From contig JAFRUI010000018.1 of NCBI GenBank assembly GCA_017438945.1, positions 16,049 through 80,048 on the forward strand: a stretch of DNA of 64,000 nt, given 5' to 3'. The DNA comes from Bacteroidales bacterium. GTDB taxonomy: Bacteria > Bacteroidota > Bacteroidia > Bacteroidales > WCHB1-69. Under the pieces are notes generated by a model. It saw only the letters and a program-made list of their open reading frames with translations, had not been told where the DNA came from and ran no database searches. The translations under genes and the position numbers were made by a program. Below, one piece after another: positions 52,489 to 62,279 of the stretch (the stretch's first letter is position 1; the number at the start of each line of letters is the position of its first letter).

Positions 52489-55137
52489 CGTGTCTCCCGT
52501 CTCGCTCTCGCCCTCCTGAACCTTCTTCTCCAACTCCATCTTACCGAAACGCAGCGTGATACCCGCCGACACATATCGGCTGTTCATCATCTTGTTGGTG
52601 CTGTTGTTCAAGAAATAAGGGTTGGTGTTGACCGAACCGGAACCGAAGCGGGCACCCCAGTTGAAGATGTCCTGCACGTTGACGAAAATCGACAGTTTGC
52701 GCTTGAACAGGTCGCTGCGAAGACCGAAATTCAGCCAGTAACGCGCCTTGCGCTCACTCATCAAGCTGAGGGTCGGGGATGTGTAGTTACCCGCCACGGT
52801 GAACTGCAGCCAGTCGAAGGCCTTCGCCCAGAAATTCAGTCGCACGCTCCACGACCACTTGTCGCGCTGGTCGAGTTGATGCACGCCGTCGCGGTCATAT
52901 TCCATCTTGTAACCATAGTCATAGACGTTGGCATAGAGTCGCAAATTGACGAAGCCCGTCGGGCGGTAGGTCGCGTTCAACGAAGCACCGTAACGCCACG
53001 AAGTTCCCATATTGTAGGGCATCGAGTAACTGACCATGCGATCCAGATACTGGTCGTACTCGGAGTCGGTCAGCGAACTGATTTCGTTGGTGCTCAACCG
53101 GCCGTACATCTCCACGCCCACATTGCCGAACTTGTTGAAATACTTCTGCCATCCGGCCTCCAGACTGTGTGTGAAGCTGCTCTTCAACCCATTGGGATTT
53201 CCGGTGGAATAGCTGTTGTCACCATAACGGCGGTAGCAGCTCAAGTCCTCCTCATCCGGGTGAGACATGCGCATGGAGTAGTTGAGCTTGATATTGTGCA
53301 TACTTTTTGTACGGTATGTGAGATGGATGGACGGGCGGGCGGAGAAGAACAGCGGGGCCGCCTTGTCAGCGAACGGCATATCGCTGATATAGTCGTAGGC
53401 ATCACGCAACAGCCCGACCCCCAAACCTGTGCTGAGGGTGAAACCGCCCCAGCGGTGCGTCCAGTTCACGTCAGCGTTCACGTTGGTCGAGCCCCCGTTG
53501 AAATGGTACGTGCGCAGGGTGTCTATCAGCGTGCCTTCCAAGTCGTTGTAACGCTTGTAGTCGTTGCTCATCTGGAAATGGCTGGTTCGCAGACCGTAAC
53601 TCATCTCCCCGTTTTCGCTATAGGGCCGGTTGTAACGAGCGTCCAAATCGGCACCGTAGCGATAGCTGCGGGTGAGCAAGTAACGATGCTCGTCCAAATC
53701 GTAATAGGTGTCGTAGAAACGATTGTACCACTGGTCGCTGGCGTTGTGCGAGAACCGCCCGTTGAGGCCGATTCGCAGATTGTGCCCGTTCTTGTCGAAC
53801 TTTTTGGTGTAATCAACCCCAGCATGGGACATCACCGACCACCCCTGAGTCTTGCTCAAAGAGGTATCAATATATTCCAATGAGAAAGGCGGCATTGAAT
53901 CCAAGTAGAAATAGGACTGATCACGCGATGCTGCATAACGGCTGTTTGTGTTGTTGTAAAATCCGCCCGCATCGAAAGCAATCTCGCTGGTGGAGTCAAT
54001 CTCGTAGTTGATGCCGAGGAAGAAGTTGGCGCTGCCGTTGCGGTTGGTGTCCCGCTGGGCGACGATGCTCGACCAAGTGGTGTCGTATTCTCCGGCGATG
54101 GCCGCGTCACGGCGCTGGTAGGAGCTAGATTCCGTGGCGTTGCGACGTGCACTGTACCGTCCTGAAAGGAACAGGTTGACGCTCAGTTTCTCCTTCGTCC
54201 ACATGTAACTGACCCACGGGGAGATGAACGGCTGGGAAGAGCCATTGATACCGAAGCTGACAAACTGGTTACTCTTGACGTGCGCCGACGTGACGATGTT
54301 GATGACCGCCTCGGCGTCGGTGGCGTATTTCGCCGACGGATTGGTGATGGCCTCGATACGGTCCAAGGCGTTGGCAGGCAAGGTCTGCAAATACGTTTTC
54401 AGATTCTCCTCCGTAAGTTTGGAGGGTTTGTCGTTGATCCAGATCTCCACGCTCGACACGCCACGCAGGGTGATGTTACCCTCCACATCGACCTCCACGC
54501 CGGGTGCGTTCTGCAAAGCATCCTCAGTGGTTCCTGTCTGGATGGAGGCATCCTCGCTGACGTTATAGACGAGCTTCTCGCCGTCCATGGCGTAAATCGG
54601 CTTCTCCCCCTGGATGGTCACCTCACCCAATGTAGTGGAGATCGGCATCAGCCGGATGACATCCAGATTGGTATTGTTTTTCACTGTGAAGGGAATGTGT
54701 CTCGGGGTGTAATTGAACGTCCAGATACGCAGAATGCACTCGCCTTGCGGGATTCCTTCTATTTCGAAATAGCCGTTAGCATTGGCTGAAGTACCCTTGA
54801 TGAGCGTAGAGTCTTCGGCATCAAGCACGGCCACATTGGCGTAAGCCAGGGGTGTTCCCGCGATGGAGTCGCGCAGAAGACCCACCACCTTAAAAGTAGA
54901 GCCAGAGCGCACTTTCTTGGGTTTTACCGTCGGACTCTGCTGTTGTTGCTGTTGGTTCCAGCCGCCACGGTCGCCGCCCATCGGGGGACGGCCGGGATAA
55001 CCTCCGGGAGGTCTTCCGCCGGGGTATCCGCCACCGGGGGGTTGCGCCATTACACAAAAAGCCGACAACAGCATCACCATTGTCAGCAAAAACATCTTGG
55101 AAACCGTTATTTTTCTTGAAAACATCGTAAAAGTCAT
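52483..55137 (-). CDS. outer-membrane beta-barrel / TonB-dependent-receptor-like protein with CarboxypepD_reg domain
   Basis: 884 aa. It has a signal peptide, a Gly/Pro-rich linker, ..FKVVGLLRDSIAGTPLAYANVAV.., and a long beta-barrel region. Confidence 0.8.
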   Translation of the reverse strand: MTFTMFSRKITVSKMFLLTMVMLLSAFCVMAQPPGGGYPGGRPPGGYPGRPPMGGDRGGWNQQQQQQSPTVKPKKVRSGSTFKVVGLLRDSIAGTPLAYANVAVLDAEDSTLIKGTSANANGYFEIEGIPQGECILRIWTFNYTPRHIPFTVKNNTNLDVIRLMPISTTLGEVTIQGEKPIYAMDGEKLVYNVSEDASIQTGTTEDALQNAPGVEVDVEGNITLRGVSSVEIWINDKPSKLTEENLKTYLQTLPANALDRIEAITNPSAKYATDAEAVINIVTSAHVKSNQFVSFGINGSSQPFISPWVSYMWTKEKLSVNLFLSGRYSARRNATESSSYQRRDAAIAGEYDTTWSSIVAQRDTNRNGSANFFLGINYEIDSTSEIAFDAGGFYNNTNSRYAASRDQSYFYLDSMPPFSLEYIDTSLSKTQGWSVMSHAGVDYTKKFDKNGHNLRIGLNGRFSHNASDQWYNRFYDTYYDLDEHRYLLTRSYRYGADLDARYNRPYSENGEMSYGLRTSHFQMSNDYKRYNDLEGTLIDTLRTYHFNGGSTNVNADVNWTHRWGGFTLSTGLGVGLLRDAYDYISDMPFADKAAPLFFSARPSIHLTYRTKSMHNIKLNYSMRMSHPDEEDLSCYRRYGDNSYSTGNPNGLKSSFTHSLEAGWQKYFNKFGNVGVEMYGRLSTNEISSLTDSEYDQYLDRMVSYSMPYNMGTSWRYGASLNATYRPTGFVNLRLYANVYDYGYKMEYDRDGVHQLDQRDKWSWSVRLNFWAKAFDWLQFTVAGNYTSPTLSLMSERKARYWLNFGLRSDLFKRKLSIFVNVQDIFNWGARFGSGSVNTNPYFLNNSTNKMMNSRYVSAGITLRFGKMELEKKVQEGESETGDTL

Positions 55138-55255
55138 ATTATTTATGGAAAAATCGACTAAAATTGACAGAACAACCCTGATCGGGTTTAAAAATCAAGC
55201 CGCGAAAATACGATTTTTTTCAATACTTTAATTTATCATGTATTAGATTTTTATG

Positions 55256-55263
55256 TATCTTTG
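55256..55263 (+). promoter_or_regulatory. -7 promoter box for rnfB
   Basis: TATCTTTG lies 24 nt upstream of the ATG at 55287. Confidence 0.55.
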
Positions 55264-55286
55264 CGGTTTGAAAAAACAAAGAGCTT

Positions 55287-56162
55287 ATGGCAACGACAAC
55301 CATTCTGTATGCGGCTATAACAGTGGGACTTACAGGTCTTATCGCCGCAGTGATTTTGTACTTCGTGTCTAAATTTTTCCATGTGGAGGAGGACCCTCGC
55401 ATCGATTTGGTGCAGGCATGCCTTCCGAACGCCAACTGCGGCGGCTGCGGTTTCGCGGGCTGCCGTGCCATGGCCGAGGCCATCGTCAAGAACAACGACC
55501 TCAACGTGGCCTACTGTCCCGGCAGTGACACGGATAAGATTGCAGAGATCATGCACCTGAATGCGGTGCTGCACGAGCCTCAGGTTTCGGTGGTGCGCTG
55601 CAACGGCACCTGTGAGCATGCGCCGATGAAGTCTTTCTATGACTCCGCGCTCACTTGCGCCTTCGCCAACACCCTGTTCGCCGGCGAAAAAGCCTGTCCT
55701 TACGGCTGCCTTGGCTGCGGCGACTGCGTGAAGGCTTGCCAGTTCGACGCCATTCACCTCAACCCGGAAACACACCTGCCCGAGGTCATCGAGGAACTCT
55801 GCGTGGGTTGCAAGGCTTGCGCCAACGCATGTCCGCGCGGTGTGCTCGAAATCCGCGACAAGGGCAAGAACCACCGTCGCGTCTATGTGGCCTGCAACAA
55901 CAAAGAAAAGGGCGCTGTGGCCAAGAAGAACTGCTCTTCCGCCTGCATCGGCTGCGGAAAATGCGCCAAAGTGTGCCCGTTCGAAGCCATCACCGTGGAG
56001 AACAACCTTGCCTATATCGATTACCACAAGTGCAAGGCATGTCGCAAATGCGTTGACGAGTGCCCGTCCGGTGCCATCCTCACCGTAGGCTTCCCGCCCA
56101 AGAAAGAGGCCCCGAAGCCCGAAACAGTGGCAGAACCTGTCGCCGAGCCCGCTCAAGCATAA
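55287..56162 (+). CDS. rnfB: Rnf electron-transport complex subunit B
   Basis: It has an N-terminal TM helix, CGGCGFAGC, and several CxxCxxCxxxCP ferredoxin motifs. Confidence 0.9.
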   Translation: MATTTILYAAITVGLTGLIAAVILYFVSKFFHVEEDPRIDLVQACLPNANCGGCGFAGCRAMAEAIVKNNDLNVAYCPGSDTDKIAEIMHLNAVLHEPQVSVVRCNGTCEHAPMKSFYDSALTCAFANTLFAGEKACPYGCLGCGDCVKACQFDAIHLNPETHLPEVIEELCVGCKACANACPRGVLEIRDKGKNHRRVYVACNNKEKGAVAKKNCSSACIGCGKCAKVCPFEAITVENNLAYIDYHKCKACRKCVDECPSGAILTVGFPPKKEAPKPETVAEPVAEPAQA

Positions 56163-56186
56163 CTCTCACCCTTTAAAATTACCGTC

Positions 56187-57608
56187 ATGAGTGAAAATAC
56201 AGTCGCAACCCTCGAACAGAGAATCGAAGACAATATCAAAGAAAGCGCCAAGCAAATCAAAAAGCTGAGCCGCAAGACCTTCCACATGGGCGGTGTGCAC
56301 CCTGATGCCAACAAGTTCGCCCACTCGGCCCCCGTGGAGACCTTCCCGCTGCCTGACGAGGCGGTCGTCTATATGACCCAGCACCTCGGCTCGCCCGCCA
56401 CCCCAATCGTCCAAAAAGGCGACAAGGTGAAGGTGGGGCAGCTCATCGGAAAAGCGGAGTCGTTTGTCTGCGCCAACATCCACGCCCCCATCTCCGGCAC
56501 CGTGGTCAAAGTAGATATGGTGGCCGACATCACCGGCTACAAGAAACCGGCCATTGTCATCAAACGTGAAGGCGACGAATGGGACGAGAGCATCGACACC
56601 TCGCTGGACATCATCCCGGACATCAAGCTGAAGACCAAAGAGGAGATCATCGAGCGCATGAAGGACCGCGGTATTGTAGGTCTGGGTGGAGCCTGCTTCC
56701 CGACACATATCAAATATATGTTGAAGCCCGAGCAGAAATGCGAATACCTGATCATCAACGCCGCAGAATGCGAACCTTATATTTCCACCGACAACCGCGT
56801 GATTCTGGAACGTTGCGAACAATGCATGATCGGCATCGAGATCGCGCTCATCGCATCAGGCGCACCCAAAGCCATCATCGGCATTGAGGACAACAAACCC
56901 CGTGCTATCGCCAAGCTGATGGAAGCCGCCAAGCGCTACCCCAACATTGAAGTGCAGCCGCTGAACATCAAATACCCGCAAGGTGCCGAAAAACAACTCA
57001 TCAAGGCTATCACCGGCCGAAGTGTGCCGAACGGCGCCCTGCCGATTTCCGTGGGTTGCATCGTCAACAACATCACCACGATGTACACCATCTACTTGGC
57101 CGTGCAGAAAAACAAACCCATTGTGCAGACTTACACGACGGTTTCCGGCCGTTCCTTGCGCCCCGACCAATGCAAGAACTACCGCTTGCGTATCGGCACC
57201 CCAATTCTGAGTGTGCTGCAGTCCGTGGGCATCCCCGAAGACACCGGCAAGATCATCTCCGGAGGTCCGATGATGGGCAAGGCCATCGCTAACCTCAACG
57301 CTTATACCGCCAAAGGCATGTCCAGCCTGCTGTTCATGAACGATGCGGAAAGCGTACGCGGCGAAGTGCATCCGTGTCTGCGCTGCGGCAAGTGCGTGAG
57401 CGTCTGCCCCATGGGATTAGAGCCCTACATGTTACAGACCCTCACCGAATTGAAACGTTGGGACGACACTGAGAAGTACGGCATCATGAACTGCATCGAA
57501 TGCGGCTCATGCTCGTTCATTTGCCCGTCCAACCGCCCGATCCTCGACATGATCCGGGTCGGCAAAGCCAAAACCGGCGGCATCATCCGGGCAAGAAACA
57601 GCAAGTAA
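56187..57608 (+). CDS. rnfC: Rnf electron-transport complex subunit C
   Basis: Contains ..GGVHPD.., ..GIVGLGGACFPTH.., CLRCGKCVSVCP and CIECGSCSFICP. The N-terminal ~30 aa may be an over-extension. Confidence 0.9.
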   Translation: MSENTVATLEQRIEDNIKESAKQIKKLSRKTFHMGGVHPDANKFAHSAPVETFPLPDEAVVYMTQHLGSPATPIVQKGDKVKVGQLIGKAESFVCANIHAPISGTVVKVDMVADITGYKKPAIVIKREGDEWDESIDTSLDIIPDIKLKTKEEIIERMKDRGIVGLGGACFPTHIKYMLKPEQKCEYLIINAAECEPYISTDNRVILERCEQCMIGIEIALIASGAPKAIIGIEDNKPRAIAKLMEAAKRYPNIEVQPLNIKYPQGAEKQLIKAITGRSVPNGALPISVGCIVNNITTMYTIYLAVQKNKPIVQTYTTVSGRSLRPDQCKNYRLRIGTPILSVLQSVGIPEDTGKIISGGPMMGKAIANLNAYTAKGMSSLLFMNDAESVRGEVHPCLRCGKCVSVCPMGLEPYMLQTLTELKRWDDTEKYGIMNCIECGSCSFICPSNRPILDMIRVGKAKTGGIIRARNSK

Positions 57609-57614
57609 TTCCAG

Positions 57615-57622
57615 TATCTTTG
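57615..57622 (+). promoter_or_regulatory. -7 promoter box for ftsY
   Basis: TATCTTTG lies 17 nt upstream of the ATG at 57639. Confidence 0.55.
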
Positions 57623-57638
57623 CAGCAAATTCATCATT

Positions 57639-58622
57639 ATGGGTTTCTTTTCATTTTTCAACAAAGACAAGAAAAAGGAGATAAACGAGGAGCAAAAGAA
57701 GGAATTGAACGAGGGGTTGCAGAAATCCAAGGAGAATTTCTTCAAAAAGCTAGCCAAATCCATTGCAGGCAAGTCCAAAGTCGATGATGACGTCCTCGAC
57801 AACCTGGAAGAGGTGCTGGTCACCTCGGATGTTGGCATCGAAACAACCCTCAAGATCATCGACCGCATTGAAAAACGGGTATCCAAAGACAAATACCTGG
57901 GTACCAACCAGGTGAACATGATTCTTAAAGAGGAAATCGCGGGACTTCTCCTTGAAAACGACCTTGAGAAGGAAAACGATTTCGTGATTCCCGAGATGGA
58001 CACACCCTACATCATTCTCGTGGTGGGTGTGAACGGTGTGGGCAAGACCACTACCATCGGGAAACTGGCTTACCAATTCAAGCAACGCGGATATTCGGTG
58101 ACACTTGGTGCCGCCGACACATTCCGTGCCGCCGCCATTGACCAGCTCACCGAATGGGCGCACCGCTGCGAAGTGCCCATCGTGGCTCAGAAGATGGGCT
58201 CTGACCCAGCTGCCGTGGCCTATGACACCGTGAAGTCCGCTATCGCCAACAAAAGCCAGGTGGTCATCATCGATACCGCCGGCCGACTCCATAACAAAGT
58301 CAACCTCATGAACGAGTTGGTGAAGATCAAGAATGTCATCCGCAAACTCGTCCCTGATGGCCCTCACGAGGTGCTCCTCGTCCTCGACGGCTCTACTGGC
58401 CAGAACGCCTTCGAACAGGCCAAGCAGTTCACTGCCGCTACCGAAGTCAACGCCTTGGCTATCACAAAACTGGACGGCACCGCAAAAGGCGGTGTGGTCA
58501 TCGGAATCTCCGACCAGTTCCAGATCCCTATCAAATACATCGGTGTGGGTGAGAAAATCCACCAACTCCAAATCTTCAACCGCGTGGAATTTGTCGATTC
58601 CCTGTTCCCCGACAACTGGTAG
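57639..58622 (+). CDS. ftsY: signal recognition particle receptor FtsY
   Basis: Contains GVNGVGKTTTIGK and DTAGR, with an acidic/lysine-rich N-terminus. Confidence 0.95.
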   Translation: MGFFSFFNKDKKKEINEEQKKELNEGLQKSKENFFKKLAKSIAGKSKVDDDVLDNLEEVLVTSDVGIETTLKIIDRIEKRVSKDKYLGTNQVNMILKEEIAGLLLENDLEKENDFVIPEMDTPYIILVVGVNGVGKTTTIGKLAYQFKQRGYSVTLGAADTFRAAAIDQLTEWAHRCEVPIVAQKMGSDPAAVAYDTVKSAIANKSQVVIIDTAGRLHNKVNLMNELVKIKNVIRKLVPDGPHEVLLVLDGSTGQNAFEQAKQFTAATEVNALAITKLDGTAKGGVVIGISDQFQIPIKYIGVGEKIHQLQIFNRVEFVDSLFPDNW

Positions 58623-58624
58623 CC

Positions 58625-59494
58625 ATGCCCAAAAAGATTGTCGTTGACCAAAACTCCGGATTCTGCTTCGGCGTCATTAACGCCATCCGAACAGCAGAAA
58701 AGTACCTCATGGAACACCAAACCCTCTACTGTCTCGGCGATATAGTCCACAACAGTGAAGAGGTACAACGACTGTCGGGCATGGGACTGAAAATCATCGA
58801 CTACGACCAGTTCAAATCCCTTCAAGACACCACTGTACTCATCCGGGCCCACGGAGAGCCACCCGAAACATACCGCATCGCCGAGAAAAACAATATCCGT
58901 CTGATTGACGCCACCTGTCCTGTCGTCCTAAAGCTTCAAAAACGCATCCTGGGCGAATATCAGGAAAACAAATCCGAAAAACAGATCCTTATTTACGGCA
59001 AAAAAGGACATGCGGAGGTTGTCGGATTGCTGGGGCAAACCAACAACACGGGAATTGTCATCTCCACCCCCGAAGATGTTGATTGTATCGACTTCAACCG
59101 TCCGTCAATCCTCTATTCCCAAACCACGCAAAGCCTGGAACAATACCAGCAATTGATCAGTACCATCCAAGAGCGTTATCAGTCGGCAGGTCATGCCGAT
59201 TGGTTCGAGTACAAGGATACCATCTGCGGGAAAGTCTCTTCCCGCGCCAAACAAATCGCCGACTTCGCCTCCAGCTTTGACGTCATCCTGTTCGTCTCTG
59301 GCGAAAAAAGCTCCAATGGATTGTATCTATATAATATATGTAAGGATTTCAACCCACGCAGCTTCTTCCTGACCAATGTTGAGCAACTGCGCCTTATCGA
59401 TTTGTCACAAGCCGAGAGCATCGGTATATGCGGGGCGACATCAACTCCCATGTGGCTGATGCAGCAACTTGCCGATGAATGCGCCAAATTATGA
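58625..59494 (+). CDS. ispH: 4-hydroxy-3-methylbut-2-enyl diphosphate reductase
   Basis: 289 aa. ..GFCFGV..AI.., ..LGDIVHN.., ..DATCPVV.. and the C-terminal ..ICGATSTP.. are present. Confidence 0.93.
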   Translation: MPKKIVVDQNSGFCFGVINAIRTAEKYLMEHQTLYCLGDIVHNSEEVQRLSGMGLKIIDYDQFKSLQDTTVLIRAHGEPPETYRIAEKNNIRLIDATCPVVLKLQKRILGEYQENKSEKQILIYGKKGHAEVVGLLGQTNNTGIVISTPEDVDCIDFNRPSILYSQTTQSLEQYQQLISTIQERYQSAGHADWFEYKDTICGKVSSRAKQIADFASSFDVILFVSGEKSSNGLYLYNICKDFNPRSFFLTNVEQLRLIDLSQAESIGICGATSTPMWLMQQLADECAKL

Positions 59495-59682
59495 CATTTC
59501 CTGCCATTTGACGCTCCCCCGAAGTATTTTCTTTACTTTTTTTTCTTAATGCCAATTGTATTTTTAACTAATTATAGTTAAAATACACAATATCAATATT
59601 TTTTATCTACTTATTTTTCAAATAAATAAACAAAATCAATATTTAAAATCATAAATATATATTGACTTTTAATTAAATAATA

Positions 59683-59690
59683 TATATTTG
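59683..59690 (+). promoter_or_regulatory. -7 promoter box for the gene at 59735
   Basis: TATATTTG lies 45 nt upstream of the ATG. Confidence 0.5.
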
Positions 59691-59734
59691 CCATGGTTTT
59701 GATTATTGAATTATTCATTTGAAAAAAAGAAGAT

Positions 59735-61285
59735 ATGAAGCAGAAAATCACACGCATCAAAACAGGAATAGCGGCAATGCTGCTGTTATCCGCAGCCACA
59801 TCGAAAGTGACAGGACAAAACATCCTGTATGAGGAGAACTTCGGGAATCCGTCCTACAACACTCTCGTCCAAGACTACGATGGTTGGCAGGACACATCCG
59901 TCCTGTATCTCGGCAACGGCACCTGCGACATACGGTCGTCAAGTGCGTCAACCGGATACGGAGGTGCCTCCGGCGGCGGAAACGTCATGATCAATGACAC
60001 GGTCAAATGGTTTCAGGTATCAGGAATCAACACCTCGTCTGCCACAAACATCACCGTAAAGCTGTACTGTGGATTCCGGAAGTCCACTGCGGAGAACGGG
60101 GAGCATCTCCTGGTGGAGTTTTCCACGGACAGTATCGTTTGGACAAGCCTGCCGATGGAGGACACGCTGCCCACCGGGAGCGGCACGTCCGGATGGTATC
60201 GCGTGTGTTTCCCGAATCTTCCCGTTCACCCGCACTTGCATCTCCGGTTTTCCAATACCACCAACACAGACCTTCGCATTGACGACATCCGCATCACTGA
60301 CGGCGACGAAATCGTTTTGGAGACCGTGGCCACACCGACGTGTACGCCCGGAGGTGGAACCTATTATGAACCGCAAACCGTATTGCTAGAATGCACCACG
60401 CACGGGGCAACCATCCGATACACCCTGGACGGCACGGTCCCGAATGAAAATTCAACCCCCTACTCCGAACCCATAACCATCGACACCACCTGCACCCTGA
60501 AGGCATCAGCGGAAATGGAAGGCATGTATAACAGCGCGATTCTCACCGCGCATTACACCTTGATCGACACCAATGCCCTCGTGGCGCTACCGTTCAACAT
60601 CTCCCAGAACAGCGAATCGGAGAAAGTTGAGTTGAAGACCATGCCAGGGTTCAGAAGCAGCAAGCTAGGCGCATCATACGCAGACGGAGCCGCCAAATTC
60701 GAGGCGAAAAACGCGGGACTTGCAACGCTGATTGCCCACCTGGACAGCGAACCGGAGAGCCTTCTGTTCGATGTAAAAGGTACTAAAGGCGGCAACCCTT
60801 CCAGCTACAGCGGAATACTTTTTGTTGTTAGCGAATCCGCTGACGGCACTCACTGGTCAACCGTGGCCACGTTGAACGAAAATGACATACATACGGAATC
60901 ATACACCCATCAAGGAAGTTTTGCACTTTCACAAGACACCCGATACATCCGCTGGTTGCTTGCCGCGGCCAACAGCGGAAACACACAACTGAACAACATC
61001 GTCATCAACAAACACCAGGCCAGTGATGATTCCGGAATAGACGAGCCCGGCACAGGTCCGGATCCGGACCCCTACCCCAACCCTGCGGAGACGTCCTTCC
61101 GATGGAACATCTGTGACTACGCGATGGAAGTACTTCTTTATGATATGAATGGGAATTTTATAAAAGCTTGGACGGAGGTCAACCCAGGGGATCTTCTGGA
61201 TATTGAATCGATTGCGCCGGGATGCTATTTGCTCAAAGCTGTCACGCAGATTGGCCGTATAACAAAGAAACTGATCATCAAGTAA
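59735..61285 (+). CDS. secreted protein with chitobiase/FN3-associated-like domain and T9SS C-terminal sorting domain
   Basis: Contains ..TCTPGGGTYYEPQTVLLECTTHGATIRYTLDG.. and the C-terminus ..PYPNPAETSF....APGCYLLKAV... Confidence 0.65.
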   Translation: MKQKITRIKTGIAAMLLLSAATSKVTGQNILYEENFGNPSYNTLVQDYDGWQDTSVLYLGNGTCDIRSSSASTGYGGASGGGNVMINDTVKWFQVSGINTSSATNITVKLYCGFRKSTAENGEHLLVEFSTDSIVWTSLPMEDTLPTGSGTSGWYRVCFPNLPVHPHLHLRFSNTTNTDLRIDDIRITDGDEIVLETVATPTCTPGGGTYYEPQTVLLECTTHGATIRYTLDGTVPNENSTPYSEPITIDTTCTLKASAEMEGMYNSAILTAHYTLIDTNALVALPFNISQNSESEKVELKTMPGFRSSKLGASYADGAAKFEAKNAGLATLIAHLDSEPESLLFDVKGTKGGNPSSYSGILFVVSESADGTHWSTVATLNENDIHTESYTHQGSFALSQDTRYIRWLLAAANSGNTQLNNIVINKHQASDDSGIDEPGTGPDPDPYPNPAETSFRWNICDYAMEVLLYDMNGNFIKAWTEVNPGDLLDIESIAPGCYLLKAVTQIGRITKKLIIK

Positions 61286-61478
61286 CCTGAAGAAAGGAGG
61301 TATATCAATATAGAGAAAAGGAAATAATCGGCACCGACTTCTTTAATGTTTAAAAAGGTAATCTGAAAAGCCGGCCTGGACAAGGAGGGGAATGTGTGGT
61401 TGTATGAAAGAACCTCTGATGGTTTGCAGTTCCATTTCATTATTGTTTTTCATAGATAACCAAAATCGTTTCACGATT

Positions 61479-62141
61479 TCATACAATCAGCACAAACTCC
61501 CCCTTTACGGGCTGGTTTTCAAAGTATTGTACAGCCTCGGAAAGGGTGCCTCTAAAGGTAAAGGCATGGATCTTGGTCAGTTCTTTGGCCACGGCAACAG
61601 GATGGTCGCCACCCATGATTTCCACCATTTTGGCGAGTGTCTTCAGCAGGCGGTGCGGTGATTCATAGAACACGACCGTCTCCTCCATTTCGGCAAATCG
61701 CTTTAGCAGCGTCTCTTTTCCCTTTTTGTGGGGCAGGAATCCGTAAAAATAGAAACTGCTGCACGGAAATCCAGACTGGATGAGGGCAGGGACGAAGGCG
61801 GTGGCACCGGGAAGACATTCCACCTCCACCTCCTGTTTCAGTGCCTCTCGCACCAACAGATAACCTGGATCAGAGATACCGGGGGTTCCCGCATCACTCA
61901 CCAGTGCCGCAACCCCGACTTGTTGAATCATGCGGATGTAGTTTCCTACCTGCTCATGTTCGTTAAAGATGTGATAGGCCATACAACGTTTCCCCTCAAT
62001 TTCATAGTGCTGGAGCAGGTTTTTGGTGGTACGGGTATCTTCACAGAGAATCAAATCCGCTTCTTTCAGGACATTAAGAGCGCGGATGGTAATATCTTCC
62101 AGATTGCCGATCGGGGTCGGGACGATGAACAGTTTGGCCAT
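61479..62141 (-). CDS. rsmI: 16S rRNA (cytidine1402-2'-O)-methyltransferase
   Basis: Start re-set to MAKLFIVPTPIGNLEDITIRAL..LCEDTR... Confidence 0.9.
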   Translation of the reverse strand: MAKLFIVPTPIGNLEDITIRALNVLKEADLILCEDTRTTKNLLQHYEIEGKRCMAYHIFNEHEQVGNYIRMIQQVGVAALVSDAGTPGISDPGYLLVREALKQEVEVECLPGATAFVPALIQSGFPCSSFYFYGFLPHKKGKETLLKRFAEMEETVVFYESPHRLLKTLAKMVEIMGGDHPVAVAKELTKIHAFTFRGTLSEAVQYFENQPVKGEFVLIV

Positions 62142-62154
62142 AATGACAGATTCT

Positions 62155-62189
62155 AAAACAATGAAAGACGGCCGTTTCAACCGTCTTTC
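62155..62189 (-). terminator. hairpin terminator after tRNA-Leu
   Basis: GAAAGACGG / CCGTCTTTC stem with a 9-nt loop, followed on the minus strand by ATTGTTTT. Confidence 0.5.
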
Positions 62190-62196
62190 CTTTGAG

Positions 62197-62279
62197 TGCC
62201 CAGAACAAGAGTCGAACTTGCACATCCGTTCGGATACTACACCCTGAATGTAGCGCGTCTACCATTCCGCCACCTGGGC
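62197..62279 (-). tRNA. tRNA-Leu (anticodon CAG), long variable arm
   Basis: Hand-folded 83 nt: acceptor GCCCAGG/TCTGGGC, anticodon stem CTACA/TGTAG with loop TTCAGGG, T-arm GCAAG-TTCGACT-CTTGT. Confidence 0.9.
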
